Positions 1 to 13,184 of a DNA stretch of 64,000 nucleotides are shown piece by piece. The notes below the pieces were generated by a model. The model ran no database searches. It was not told the origin of the DNA and was given only the letters and a program-made list of their open reading frames with translations. Position numbers and translations under genes: made by a program. The stretch covers positions 3,493 to 67,492 of the forward strand of contig JAGPCO010000022.1 in the NCBI GenBank assembly GCA_018058095.1. The letters are read 5' to 3'. Position 1 is the first letter of the stretch, and each line of letters opens with the position of its first letter. Source of the DNA: Kofleriaceae bacterium (GTDB lineage: Bacteria; Myxococcota_A; Polyangia; Haliangiales; Haliangiaceae).

Positions 1-1519
<1,519 letters not shown>

Positions 1520-1668
1520 CGAGGAAAAGCGTACGTGGCCCAGGTGCTGATCTCAATGGCCAATGCGGCCTATGGGCCATAGCTTGACGACGACAGACGC
1601 AGGTAGGCCTACACGGCCCGGCCGATCTCGTGGTGGCCAGCCCAGGGGCGAACGGCCCCAAACGCGCC

Positions 1669-2466
1669 TCAGTAGGTGCCAGCCAACGACACCATCCCAC
1701 CACCGCTGAGCGCCTCGATGCGCAGGACCCGAGTCCGGCGCCGGTAGCCGACGAACCCGTCGATGACGCCATACGCGTACAGCCCGAGCAAGAGCGCGCC
1801 GCTGGTGTTGGTGACGGTCCGCAGGCGGCGGGCGGCGCCGGCGCGATCACGGCCGTCGCCGTCCTCACACAGCTGGTGATCGTCGTCGCACCAGCCGCGC
1901 ACCACCAGGTAGCTGGTCAGGTTGGTGGCGGCCAGCGTCAGCAGGCCGGCGCCGAGCAGCCATCCCTTCACCGGCTGGCGGTTCTGGAACTGACCGGCCG
2001 GCGGCACCAGGTTGAGGGCCAGGTAGCGCCGCGGCGGCGCTCGCAGCGCGCGCAGCTCGGCCAGGTGGCGGGCGCGGACGTCGTCGAAGAAGCGGACCGC
2101 CTCGGGTGGGACCAGGGCCGGATCGAGCTGGGCGTCGGGGTCGAGCCGGAGGAAGGCGAGCAGCTGGCGCTCCGCCGCGGCCAGATCACCGAGGTGGAAC
2201 GCGGCCAGGCCGCTCAGGCGATGCAGCTCGCCACGATCGGACCGCTCGAGCTCGGCCCCGTCGCCGAGCGGCGCGAGCAGGACCCGGACCTCGGCCCACG
2301 CCCCGGCGGCGGCGGCCCGCCCGGCCCGGCCGAGGGCGGCGACGGTGGCGTCGCTGGCCGCCGGGCTGCCCTGGGCCTGGGCCGGGGCCGCCCCCAGCGC
2401 CAGCACCACCCACAGCGACGCCACGACCAGGGCGGTGGCGCGGCGCGCGGCGGCGCGGGTGGTCAT
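1669..2466 (-). CDS. hypothetical exported/membrane protein
   Basis: Internal start of track ORF 1669..3909(-). The ATG at 2466 overlaps the TGA of the upstream gene (ATGA). Signal-like N-terminus MTTRAAARRATALVVASLWVVLALGAAPAQAQG and a hydrophobic segment near the C-terminus. No family recognised. Confidence 0.55.
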   Translation of the reverse strand: MTTRAAARRATALVVASLWVVLALGAAPAQAQGSPAASDATVAALGRAGRAAAAGAWAEVRVLLAPLGDGAELERSDRGELHRLSGLAAFHLGDLAAAERQLLAFLRLDPDAQLDPALVPPEAVRFFDDVRARHLAELRALRAPPRRYLALNLVPPAGQFQNRQPVKGWLLGAGLLTLAATNLTSYLVVRGWCDDDHQLCEDGDGRDRAGAARRLRTVTNTSGALLLGLYAYGVIDGFVGYRRRTRVLRIEALSGGGMVSLAGTY

Positions 2467-3446
2467 CGCCGCAGCCCCGGCAGCGCGGCCAGGCGAGGAG
2501 CGAGGATGTCGGCCAGCTGGACGGCGGCGGCGGCGGCCAGGGTGGCGGCAGGCGCGCGGGCGCGACCGACCAGCGTGTCGGTGCGCAGCTGGTCGTCGAA
2601 CACCCGGGTGGCGCCGACGAAGGCGCGGACCCGGCACCGCACCCGCGCGGTCGGGACGTGGCCGTGGTTCACCACCACCGCGAGCACGTCGAGCTGGAGC
2701 CGGGCCCCGGCCGGGTGCGGACCATCGGCGCCGGCGCTGACGGCCCAGCCGAGCCTGCGGCCGAGGCGACCGAGGTGCTCGGTCAGCGGCGCGACCAGCT
2801 CGGGCGCGCGCGGCGACGAGACTCGAAGCTGCAGGGTCGGGCGCGGCGGCGCGGCCTTGGGCCGGGGCGGCGGATCCTTGCCCGTCGGCGGATCGGTGGG
2901 CGGCCGCGGATCGGGACCAGGGTCGGAGCGGGCCGCGGCCGCACGGGCCGCCAGCAGCACGCGCACCTCCGGGACCAGGCGGGCCGCCAGGTCGGCGGCG
3001 GCCGCGTCGATCGCGGTCAGCGACGGCGCCCGGGCGGTGATCGCGCCCAGGCGCTGGCCCTGCTCGGGATCGCGGATGCCGACCTCGAGCCAGATGGCGC
3101 CGCGCTCGCCGCGCTTGATGGTGCCGTCGACGACGAGGGCGGCCCGCGCCGGCACCGGCGCGCCGGCGCCGACCACGACCACCTCGAGCCCCTCGGCCGA
3201 CAGCGCACGCGCCACCTCGGCCGCGACCGGCTGGCCGTACAGCGTCAGGCGCGGTTCGGCGTCGAGCGGCAGCAGGGCGATGATCGCCGGCGTCGCCGGG
3301 CCCGGTCCAGCCGCGGCGCCCGCGCCGGCCGGCGCGGCCGAGGGCGTGCCCGCGCGCACCAGCACCAGCAGCAGCACCAGGGCCAGCTGCAGGGCGAGCT
3401 GCGCCCTCGCCGTCGGCGCGCGCGAACCGGTCCTGCCACGCCTCAT
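2463..3446 (-). CDS. hypothetical exported protein
   Basis: Track ORF 2463..3446(-). Basic N-terminus followed by a hydrophobic stretch (LALQLALVLLLVLV), a Pro-rich linker and protein-like composition. Translationally coupled to the downstream gene. No family recognised. Confidence 0.55.
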   Translation of the reverse strand: MRRGRTGSRAPTARAQLALQLALVLLLVLVRAGTPSAAPAGAGAAAGPGPATPAIIALLPLDAEPRLTLYGQPVAAEVARALSAEGLEVVVVGAGAPVPARAALVVDGTIKRGERGAIWLEVGIRDPEQGQRLGAITARAPSLTAIDAAAADLAARLVPEVRVLLAARAAAARSDPGPDPRPPTDPPTGKDPPPRPKAAPPRPTLQLRVSSPRAPELVAPLTEHLGRLGRRLGWAVSAGADGPHPAGARLQLDVLAVVVNHGHVPTARVRCRVRAFVGATRVFDDQLRTDTLVGRARAPAATLAAAAAVQLADILAPRLAALPGLRR

Positions 3447-3592
3447 CCCGGCATCCTCCTACGCGCGGTGCACCGTCGCAAGCCGCGGCCGGCGCGGTGT
3501 GCCGTCGGCCACACCACGCCGCTCGCGGGCACGAAGCCCGGTGCACGTGCCGCCCCGGTGCACGCGCCGCCCGGGCCAGGTACGCTCGGTCC

Positions 3593-4249
3593 ATGCGCTC
3601 TGCCCGGCTCAAGCGCGCGCTCGACCTGATCGGCGCGGCCACCACGCTCACCGTGACCGGCCCGCTGCTGGCGGTGGCCAGCGCGGCGGTGTGGGCCGAC
3701 ATGGGCCGGCCCATCTTCTTCCGCCAGGAGCGGCCCGGGCGGGGCGGCGTGCCGTTCGCGATGATCAAGTTCCGCACCATGCGCGACGCCGTCGGCGCCG
3801 ACGGCCGGCCGTTGCCCGACGCCGAGCGCCTGACTCGACTCGGCCGGCTCCTGCGCGCCACCTCGATCGACGAGCTGCCCGAGCTGTGGAACGTGCTGCG
3901 CGGCGACATGAGCCTGGTCGGGCCGCGCCCGCTGCTGATGCGGTACCTGGGGCGCTACTCGGCCGAGCAGCAGCGCCGCCACGACGTGCGGCCAGGCATC
4001 ACCGGCTGGGCCCAGGTCAACGGCCGCAACACGCTCGGGTGGGACGCCAAGTTCGCGCTCGACGTCTGGTACGTCGACCACTGGAGCAACTGGCTCGACC
4101 TGACGATCCTGGCCCGCACCGCCTGGACCGTGCTGCGCCGCGACGGCATCAGCCACGGCGCCGAGGCGACCATGCCCGAGTTCATGGGCCCGGCCGTGGC
4201 CGACGGCGCCGGCACGGGCGCGGGCCCCGTCAGCGCCAGTCGCGGATGA
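3593..4249 (+). CDS. bacterial sugar transferase (small polyprenyl-phosphate glycosyl-1-phosphate transferase, PglC/WbaP C-terminal type)
   Basis: Track ORF 3497..4249 trimmed to ATG 3593 (MRSARLKRALD). One N-terminal hydrophobic helix, then PIFFRQERPG, KFRTM, DELPELWNVLRGDMSLVGPRP and PGITGWAQV. Confidence 0.85.
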   Translation: MRSARLKRALDLIGAATTLTVTGPLLAVASAAVWADMGRPIFFRQERPGRGGVPFAMIKFRTMRDAVGADGRPLPDAERLTRLGRLLRATSIDELPELWNVLRGDMSLVGPRPLLMRYLGRYSAEQQRRHDVRPGITGWAQVNGRNTLGWDAKFALDVWYVDHWSNWLDLTILARTAWTVLRRDGISHGAEATMPEFMGPAVADGAGTGAGPVSASRG

Positions 4250-5528
4250 CCTGGCGCAGCTCGCCCAGGCGGGCCTTGGACAGCGAGCCGACCGCGGCCA
4301 CCACCAGGTTGCTCGGCGCCAGCACCCGGGCCGCGGTGGCGCGCACGTCGGCCAGGGTGACGGCCTCGATCTGGGCCAGGCGCTGGCTCAGCGGCGGCGG
4401 CGGGTAGTACAGCGCGGTGCCGGAGAACCAGGCCGCCATGGCCGAGGCGTCGTCGAGCGAGGCCAGGGTCTCGTAGCGGTAGCGGGCCCGGGCCTTGGCC
4501 AGCTCGTCGTCGGCGATGGGGCCGTCGCGCAGCCCGGCCAGCAGCGCGAGCAGCTCGCGCACCAGCTCGGGCACCTTGGCGTTGGCGGTGGCGCCGACGA
4601 TGTCGAGCAGCGCGGCGTCGACCAGCGGCTCGATGCCGGCGTTGATCGAGTAGGCCAGGCCCTTCTGGTCGGCCAGCGTGTAGTGCAGCCGGGTCGACAT
4701 GCCGTCGTCGAGGAGGCGGGCCAGGGCGACGAACGACAGGTAGGCCGGGTCGAGCTCGGGCACCCCGCGCAGGACGGCCGTGATCGAGGTCTGCGAGCCG
4801 CTGTCGCGGACGTGGCGCAGGATCGGCCCGGCCACCGGGGGCGGCGCCAGCGCCGGGTCGGCCGGCTCCCCGGCCGGCAGGTCGCCCAGGTGGCGCGCGG
4901 CGGCGGCGGCGACGGCGACCGGATCGACCGGCCCGGCCACGCACAGGGTCATGTTGCGGGCGCCGTAGAAGCGGGCGAAGTGGCGGCGCACGTCGGCCAC
5001 GGCGAACCGCTCGACGTTGCCGCGCGGGCCGATGATGCGCTGGCCGAGCGGGTGCTCGGGGAAGACCAGGCCGCGGGCGATGTCGTCGGCGTTGATCTCG
5101 ACGTCGTCCTCGCTGTAGTCCTCGTTGATCTCCTCGAGCACGAGCGCGCGTTCGAGCTCGATGTCGTCGAAGCGCGGCCGGATGAACAGCTCGCCGAACA
5201 GCGCCAGCGCGGCCGGGACGTCGTCGGCCGCGGTGCCGATCTGGAACAGGGTGTAGTCGCGCCCGGTCTCGGCGTGCAGGCTCGAGCCGAGGCGCTCGAA
5301 CGCGGTGTTGAGGGCGAGCGAGGTCGGGTAGCGGGCGGTGCCGCGGAACAGCATGTGCTCGACGAAGTGCGACAGGCCGTTGTCGGCCGCGCTCTCGAAC
5401 CGGGCCCCGACCTTGATGAACAGGGCCACCACCGCGGTGTGCAGGTGCGGCAGCTCGACGGTGGTGACCCGCAGCCCGTTGTCGAGCCCGGCGGTCGTCA
5501 CCCGCGGATCGAGGCCGTTACTGGGCAT
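4230..5528 (-). CDS. M16 (pitrilysin/insulinase) family zinc peptidase
   Basis: Track ORF 4230..5564(-); the likely start is ATG 5528 (MPSNGL). HxxEH zinc motif HFVEHMLFRG and two-domain length. Its 3' end overlaps the convergent sugar transferase gene by 20 nt. Confidence 0.85.
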   Translation of the reverse strand: MPSNGLDPRVTTAGLDNGLRVTTVELPHLHTAVVALFIKVGARFESAADNGLSHFVEHMLFRGTARYPTSLALNTAFERLGSSLHAETGRDYTLFQIGTAADDVPAALALFGELFIRPRFDDIELERALVLEEINEDYSEDDVEINADDIARGLVFPEHPLGQRIIGPRGNVERFAVADVRRHFARFYGARNMTLCVAGPVDPVAVAAAAARHLGDLPAGEPADPALAPPPVAGPILRHVRDSGSQTSITAVLRGVPELDPAYLSFVALARLLDDGMSTRLHYTLADQKGLAYSINAGIEPLVDAALLDIVGATANAKVPELVRELLALLAGLRDGPIADDELAKARARYRYETLASLDDASAMAAWFSGTALYYPPPPLSQRLAQIEAVTLADVRATAARVLAPSNLVVAAVGSLSKARLGELRQVIRDWR

Positions 5529-5639
5529 CGGCGTGCACCACCGCGGCACCCTAGCACCTTCCACGTGGCCGACGCGGGCGCCGAGCGCGATTGACGCGGC
5601 CGGCCGCGCGCGTTATCACCGCGCGAGGTCGGAGCGTCG

Positions 5640-6551
5640 ATGTTGCTCAAGAAGATCGTGGTCGCGGAGGACGATGACGCCATCGCTCACATGGTGAGCA
5701 TGGCGCTGGGGGACGCGGGCTACCTGTGCCTGCGCGCGCGCGACGGCGACGAGGCGCTGCGCCAGGTCAAGGCCCACGACCCCGACCTGCTGGTGCTCGA
5801 CGTCATGATGCCGCGCGTCGACGGGCTCGAGGTGGCGCGCCGGCTCAAGGCCGACGTCATGTGGTCGCGCACGCCCATCCTCATGCTGACCGCCCTGGCC
5901 GGGGTCGACCAGCAGGTGCAGGGCCTCGAGGCTGGCGCCGACGCCTACATGACCAAGCCGTTCGACCTGCGCGAGTTCGGGGCCCGCTGCAAGGCGCTCA
6001 TCCGCGGCGCCCGGCGCGAGCGTGACCGCAGCCCGACCACCGACCTGCCCGGCTCGCGCGCCATCGACGACCAGATCGAGCTCGCGCTCAAGTCGAGCGT
6101 GCCGATGACCGCGATCCACGTCGACGTCGCCGGGTTCGACCCGTACGCCGACGTCATCGGCTTCGGCCGGGCCGAGCAGGCGGTCAAGGCGCTCGGTGGG
6201 CTCATCGTCGAGGCCGCGCGCGAGGCGTCGGGCGGCGGCGCCTTCGTCGGCCACGTCGGCGGATCCGACTTCATCTGCGTCATCACCGCCGACCACGCCG
6301 TGGCCATGGCCGAGCGGGCGGTCGCCCTGTTCGAGGGCCGGCGCGCCACCCTGGTCGGCGACGAGGGCAAGCCGCTGGCGCTGGTGCTGGCCCTGGCCCC
6401 CATCAACGTCCCGCCCGGCAGCCCGAGCACCAGCCCGGCCGGCCCGGTCGGCGGCACCAGCCCCGGCGACGAGGTCGCGCGTCGCCTCGGCAAGGCGATG
6501 CGCGCGGCCAAGGCCGCCGGTCGCTCGTGCCACGTCGCCTGGCAGGGCTGA
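5640..6551 (+). CDS. response regulator: receiver domain plus degenerate GGDEF domain
   Basis: Receiver motifs (VAEDDD, DLLVLDVMMP, LTALA, KPF). The C-terminal GGDEF-like domain carries GGSDF as its signature (6258-6272). Confidence 0.8.
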   Translation: MLLKKIVVAEDDDAIAHMVSMALGDAGYLCLRARDGDEALRQVKAHDPDLLVLDVMMPRVDGLEVARRLKADVMWSRTPILMLTALAGVDQQVQGLEAGADAYMTKPFDLREFGARCKALIRGARRERDRSPTTDLPGSRAIDDQIELALKSSVPMTAIHVDVAGFDPYADVIGFGRAEQAVKALGGLIVEAAREASGGGAFVGHVGGSDFICVITADHAVAMAERAVALFEGRRATLVGDEGKPLALVLALAPINVPPGSPSTSPAGPVGGTSPGDEVARRLGKAMRAAKAAGRSCHVAWQG

Positions 6552-6588
6552 CGCGCTTGCCGGCGGTGCGGCCGTGCGTGGCCGGTAG

Positions 6589-8577
<1,989 letters not shown>

Positions 8578-8711
8578 CCCGCGCCATGGCAGATCGAGCC
8601 AGCCACCGTTTCCCTGCCATCCCTGTCATAGGGCAGACCGGCGCGAGGGGCGCCTGCTCCCGTGGTTCCGCCAGCTTGGCCCTGGCCAGCGGGTTGCAGT
8701 CATCGACGGGC

Positions 8712-9836
8712 ATGCGGCCCTTCCTCACCCTCGCCCTGGTGGCTCCGGTGGCCGGCTGCTTCTTCACCGAGACCATCAACGCCCGCCCCGCCGCCGAGCT
8801 GACCCAGATCGGCGGCCAGGTCGGGCGTGGCGGCACCCTGACCGTCGCCGTCCACACCGCCGATCCTGACGGCGACGACGTGACGGTCCAGCTGCGGGCC
8901 CAGGCCTGCGACGCCAGCGGGGCCCGCTGCGGCGCCGCGTTCGACACCACCTCGTTCATCGGCGGTGAGCGCGAGGTCGACTTCGTGGTGCCGCTCGACT
9001 GGGACGACGGCGGCGCCTCCCGCCCGGTCGAGGCGGTGCGGGTCATCGCCCAGGCGGTCGACCCGCTCGGGGCGCCGCTGCTGCTCGACCAGAGCCTGCT
9101 GGTGCCGGTCGGCAACCTGACGCCGACGGTGGTGGTGCAGCCGCAGGGCTACACGTACCGCGGCTCGTACCCGGTCGGCGCGCCGATCGATCTCGTCGCC
9201 GCGGTCGCCGATGGCGACGACGCCGACGACACGCTGGTGGTGAGCTGGCAGCTGTTCCCGCCGCGCGGGGCCGATCCGCAGCGGACCGTGTTCGGGCCGG
9301 TCGACAGCGACGTCAGCGATGGCGAGGTCACCCACCAGCTGGTCAGCGACGTCGACGGCAACTGGGAGGTGGCGGTGACGGTGACCGACCCGCTCGGCGC
9401 GGCCTCGACCCTGAGCACCACGCTGGTGGTCGCGCCCGATCAGCTGCCGTGCCTGACCACGCTGGCGCCGGCCGCGCCTCCCAGCGCCGGCGCGGTGTTG
9501 CCGCTGACCGAGCTGCGCCGCTTCGCCGTGCTGGTGGTCGAGGACGACCTCGACCTGTTCCCGCCACCGCCGCCGGGCGACCCGCTGCTGGGCGCGGCCA
9601 CGTTCACGTGGGCGGTGGCCAGCCCGGCCAGCGGCGACCAGTTCGTGCCGGTGCCGGGCGCGAGCGGCAACGCGGTCGAGCTCGACCCGGCCCAGTTCAC
9701 CGCCGGCCAGCTCGTGCGCCTGCGGGTCGAGGTGCAGGATCGCCAGCTCGCGCCGAGCGGCTGCCCCGTCGAGCAGCCGACGTGTGGGACGCTGACGTGT
9801 ACCCAGCGCCAGACCTGGACCCTGGAGGTGCGGTGA
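8712..9836 (+). CDS. lipoprotein, function unknown
   Basis: Track ORF 8175..9836 trimmed to ATG 8712. MRPFLTLALVAPVAGC lipobox, Asp-rich beta-type repeats, conserved Cys near the C-terminus. Confidence 0.6.
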   Translation: MRPFLTLALVAPVAGCFFTETINARPAAELTQIGGQVGRGGTLTVAVHTADPDGDDVTVQLRAQACDASGARCGAAFDTTSFIGGEREVDFVVPLDWDDGGASRPVEAVRVIAQAVDPLGAPLLLDQSLLVPVGNLTPTVVVQPQGYTYRGSYPVGAPIDLVAAVADGDDADDTLVVSWQLFPPRGADPQRTVFGPVDSDVSDGEVTHQLVSDVDGNWEVAVTVTDPLGAASTLSTTLVVAPDQLPCLTTLAPAAPPSAGAVLPLTELRRFAVLVVEDDLDLFPPPPPGDPLLGAATFTWAVASPASGDQFVPVPGASGNAVELDPAQFTAGQLVRLRVEVQDRQLAPSGCPVEQPTCGTLTCTQRQTWTLEVR

Positions 9837-11602
9837 TGCAGCGCAAGGTTCAGCGGGCGGTCCGGATCGCCGTGGTCGCCGCCGCCGGCGCCGCCTCCGC
9901 GTGTGCGGCCGAGCTCGGTAACCCGAGCGGCCCCGACGCTGGCGGCTCGGGGGGCGACGCCGGCCAGACCTGCTTCGTGTCGGTCGGGTTCGAGCCGGAC
10001 AACCCGGTCGCCGGGCCGGGCCTGACCGCCCGCGCCAACGGCACGGTGACCGGGTCGGGCAGCTTCCAGACCTACGCCTGGCGCGTCGTGCGCGACGGCG
10101 TCGACATCCCGACCACCCCGGTCAGCGCCGACGGTCGCGACGTGACCTTTCCGATCGAAGTCGCCGGCCCGTACGAGGTCGTGCTCGACGTGCCCGAGAC
10201 GACCTGCGTGCCGTTCGTCGGCAGCCTCAACGTCGGCGTGGCCGGTGCCAACACCACGCCGTGGCGGCTGGTGCTCACCCCGGCCGACCCGGCGCAGGCG
10301 CCGCCGCAGACCGAGCGGGTCACCGTGCCGGGCGGCGCCGACTACGATGTTGGTGCGGTCGACATCGAGCGCGGCGTGCTGGTCAGCGGCAGCCTCACCG
10401 TCGACGGCACGCCGGCGGCTGGGTACCTGCGCGTCGCCCCCCAGGCCGCGCCCGACGTCGGCGCCGAAGGGTACGCCGTGAGCGGCAGCTTCTCGCTGCG
10501 GGTGGTCGACGCGCCATCGGACCTGCTGGTCATCCCGCTCGGCGCCGGCCAGGCCCCGGCCCGCATCACCGGGTGGGACCCGGCGGCCCCCGACCTGGCG
10601 CTGAGCGCGGGCCTCGAGGTCACCGGGACGGTCACGCAGGTCGGCAGCGGCGCCGTCGCCGGCGCGCGGATCGTGCTGCGCAGCGATGGCGTGCCGTCGA
10701 CCGTCGCCACCAGCGCCGGCGACGGCACCTTCACGCTGCGGGCCCGGGCCGGCGCCCAGCTCGAGGTCACGGTCACCCCGCCGGCCAGCCTCGGTCTGCC
10801 ACGGCTGAGCGCGACCCTGACCGGCGCCGACCTGGCGCTGCCGCTGAGCGTGACCTTCGCCGCCGCCCCGCCGCCGCGCTCGCTGGCCGGCGTCGCCATT
10901 CGCACGGCCTCTGGCCCAGCGCCAGGCGCCCGGGTCCGGGTGACCGGCACCATCGCCGCCGCCGGCACGATCGCGCTCGGCCCGTCCTCGGCCAGCGCCA
11001 CCGGCATCATCAGCATCGACGCCAGCGCCGACGGTGCTGGCCTCTTGCCCGCGCTGCTGGCGCCGGCTCGCCCGGTGTCGCTGGTGATCGCCCCGGGCGG
11101 CACCTCGCCGGGTGCGGTCGTCGCGGTCGACCTGTCCGCCGGCGCGCCGGCGCAGGTGGTGGCGCCGGCGGCGAGCACGCTGTCGGCCACGCTGCGTGAT
11201 GACGCCGCCGTGCCGGTCGCGGGCGCGCGGCTGGTCGCCCGCCCCACCGTCGGGGTCGGCCTGCTGCCCGAGCTGGTGGTCAGCAGCGGCAGCAACGGCG
11301 CGGTCAGCGTCGGCGTCGCGCCGGGCGCCTCGTACCTCCTGACCATCGACGATCCGCGCCTGGTGACGGCCCGGCGCCAGCTCGGCCCGGTCGCGGCCGG
11401 GGCGCTCGGGGTGGTGACGCTGGAGTCGGCCATGGCCATCCGCGGCCGCCTGACCTTCCGGGGCGTGCCGGCGCCGATGGCGGCCATCGCCGCCTACTGC
11501 GTGGCGTGCACCGGCCCCGAGCGGCTGCGCCCGGTGTTCGAGGGCGCCAGCGACGCCAGCGGCCGGTTCGCCATCGCCGTGCCCGACCCGGGCGCGCAGT
11601 AG
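9836..11602 (+). CDS. lipoprotein with carboxypeptidase-regulatory-like beta-sandwich repeats
   Basis: Track ORF 9449..11602 trimmed to ATG 9836, which overlaps the upstream TGA (TGATG). N-terminus MQRKVQRAVRIAVVAAAGAASAC. Repeated 'GtV...G.pvaGArivlrs....attsa.dGtFtL' segments. Confidence 0.6.
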   Translation: MQRKVQRAVRIAVVAAAGAASACAAELGNPSGPDAGGSGGDAGQTCFVSVGFEPDNPVAGPGLTARANGTVTGSGSFQTYAWRVVRDGVDIPTTPVSADGRDVTFPIEVAGPYEVVLDVPETTCVPFVGSLNVGVAGANTTPWRLVLTPADPAQAPPQTERVTVPGGADYDVGAVDIERGVLVSGSLTVDGTPAAGYLRVAPQAAPDVGAEGYAVSGSFSLRVVDAPSDLLVIPLGAGQAPARITGWDPAAPDLALSAGLEVTGTVTQVGSGAVAGARIVLRSDGVPSTVATSAGDGTFTLRARAGAQLEVTVTPPASLGLPRLSATLTGADLALPLSVTFAAAPPPRSLAGVAIRTASGPAPGARVRVTGTIAAAGTIALGPSSASATGIISIDASADGAGLLPALLAPARPVSLVIAPGGTSPGAVVAVDLSAGAPAQVVAPAASTLSATLRDDAAVPVAGARLVARPTVGVGLLPELVVSSGSNGAVSVGVAPGASYLLTIDDPRLVTARRQLGPVAAGALGVVTLESAMAIRGRLTFRGVPAPMAAIAAYCVACTGPERLRPVFEGASDASGRFAIAVPDPGAQ

Positions 11603-11623
11603 GGCTGGCGCTGACGCGCAGGC

Positions 11624-12109
11624 TCAGCCGGCGGCGTCGACCAGGCCGCTGTAGTACGGCTTCATCGACGGGTAGTACTGGTCGAAGGTCGGCAGGGTGG
11701 TGCCGGCGCGGGCGGCGACCAGGTTGTCGAGGTAGTACTCCCAGCCCGGGCCCATGTCGCGCGCCAGCTCGCGATCGTTCAGGTGGTGCACGAAGCGCAG
11801 CTCGGTGACGCCGGCCTGGTGGGTCAGCGTCACCTCGATCCGGACGCCCCACTCGCCGGTCGTCGACAGGGCCAGGCGTCGGGGCGGCTCACACGCGTCG
11901 ATGTGGGCGTTCGACTCGGGCGCGCCCTGCTCGAACAGCAGCTTGACCGCGATGGTGTTACCGGTGCCGGGCGTGCCGGTCCACGACCCGTACCAGCGGG
12001 CCGTGCTGTCGCTGGCGGTGAGGCTGGTCCACACGTCCTCGATGGGAGCGTGGAAGCGGCGCGTCAGCACCAGGTCGTTGCCGTCGAGGCGTCCGGTCGG
12101 GGTCGTCAT
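11624..12109 (-). CDS. SRPBCC/AHSA1 (activator of Hsp90 ATPase homolog-like) domain protein
   Basis: Track ORF 11624..12502 trimmed to ATG 12109, which has an ATGA overlap with the arsR-like gene. LVLTRRFHAPIEDVWTSLT..RWY and GWEYYLDNL are typical of this family. The ArsR-AHSA1 gene pair is a common arrangement. Confidence 0.8.
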   Translation of the reverse strand: MTTPTGRLDGNDLVLTRRFHAPIEDVWTSLTASDSTARWYGSWTGTPGTGNTIAVKLLFEQGAPESNAHIDACEPPRRLALSTTGEWGVRIEVTLTHQAGVTELRFVHHLNDRELARDMGPGWEYYLDNLVAARAGTTLPTFDQYYPSMKPYYSGLVDAAG

Positions 12110-12504
12110 CCTGCGTGCTCCTTGCTTCCTGCTCGTGATGGCGGCGCGGCCGGAGTGGCCTCCGCGCGCCGGCGTGACTCGCGCTTGACCCGGTGCACCT
12201 CGGTCTCGAGCGCCAGGAGCCGGCGCTCCCACTCGCGCGCCGGGTCGCGCCGCAAGCTGGTGATGAACTCCTCGACCGCCTGCAGCGGCGCCGGCTCGAG
12301 CCGGTACACCCGCTCGCGCCCGCGCGCCTGGTCGACCACCAGGCCGGCCGCGCGCAGCACGCGCAGGTGCCGGCTGATGGCCGGCCGGGTCACGCTGAAC
12401 GCCCCGGCGATCTCGCCGGCCGTGCGCGGGGCGTCCCGCACCATACGCAGGACCTCGCGCCGGATCGGATCCGAGATGGCGCTGGCGGCCTGGTCCATAC
12501 ACAT
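12106..12504 (-). CDS. ArsR/SmtB family transcriptional regulator
   Basis: ISDPIRREVLRMV..TAGEIAGAFSVTRPAISRHLRVLRAAGLV (winged HTH). An alternative start is ATG 12498. Confidence 0.85.
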   Translation of the reverse strand: MCMDQAASAISDPIRREVLRMVRDAPRTAGEIAGAFSVTRPAISRHLRVLRAAGLVVDQARGRERVYRLEPAPLQAVEEFITSLRRDPAREWERRLLALETEVHRVKRESRRRAEATPAAPPSRAGSKEHAG

Positions 12505-12530
12505 TACGTAACCGTGTCGTTACTCATTGT
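12501..12530. promoter_or_regulatory. imperfect 12-6-12 inverted repeat at the arsR-like start (candidate operator)
   Basis: ACATTACGTAAC-CGTGTC-GTTACTCATTGT. The arms match at 9 of 12 positions and contain the TTACGTAA palindrome. It sits in a locally AT-richer patch. Confidence 0.2.
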
Positions 12531-12588
12531 CAAGCAATATTGGCGCACCTTGGCCTCCCAGACCGGGTACGGGCCCTGCCCTGGGCCT

Positions 12589-13131
12589 TCAGCGCGCGCG
12601 CGTGCGCGGGCGGCGAGCCGGCGCGTCGGGCGGCATGGGCGCGGCGTCGGGTGGCGCGGGCGCGGCGTCGGGCGACGGCGGCGCCACCACCTCGACCCGG
12701 ACCGTGCGGCTGGTGCGGACCGGCTTGCAGGTGCGGGCCTGGCACGACCACGCCAGCAGGGCCAGCTCGACCTCGTGGCTGCCGAGCGCGGCCGCGCGCA
12801 GGCTGATGGCGAAGCGCGGCGCGCTGGCGTCGGGATCGACGGCGTGGCCGCGCTCCCAGCGCCGGCGCTTGAAGTCGAGGCCCGGACCGGCCGCGTCGTC
12901 CTCGACCACGTCGAGCCGGAACGGCTCCCGGGCCCAGGTCCGGCCCGGCCCCGGGGGCACCGCGACCTCGAGGGTGGCGACCTGGCCGACCTGGAGGGTG
13001 AGCGAGGCCGGCGCCACCAGGTCCCACGTGCGCGGCTGGGCCCGGCCGCTGCCCCACCACGCCGCGCCGGCCAGCACGCCGGCGACGGCGGCGGCCAGGC
13101 CGACCCGGCTGGAGCGCGTGGAGGTCACCAC
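12589..13131 (-). CDS. hypothetical exported protein (C-x4-C-K-P motif reminiscent of DsbD N-terminal-like domains)
   Basis: GTG start with a hydrophobic N-terminus (GLAAAVAGVLAGAAWW), 'LLAWSCQARTCKPV' near the end of the folded part and a Pro/Ala tail. The family call is weak. Confidence 0.45.
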   Translation of the reverse strand: MVTSTRSSRVGLAAAVAGVLAGAAWWGSGRAQPRTWDLVAPASLTLQVGQVATLEVAVPPGPGRTWAREPFRLDVVEDDAAGPGLDFKRRRWERGHAVDPDASAPRFAISLRAAALGSHEVELALLAWSCQARTCKPVRTSRTVRVEVVAPPSPDAAPAPPDAAPMPPDAPARRPRTRAR

Positions 13132-13184
13132 CCCAGCATCCCGCTAGGCCCCGATCGGGCGCAAGTCGATCGCGGCGGCGGCCG

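Noticed and set aside
1630-4407. 925-aa plus-strand ORF and the 746-aa minus-strand ORF 1669..3909
   Set aside because: The plus ORF is low-complexity and overlaps better-supported genes on both strands. Only the last 265 aa of the minus ORF look protein-like, and they begin at an ATG that is stop-start coupled to the upstream gene.
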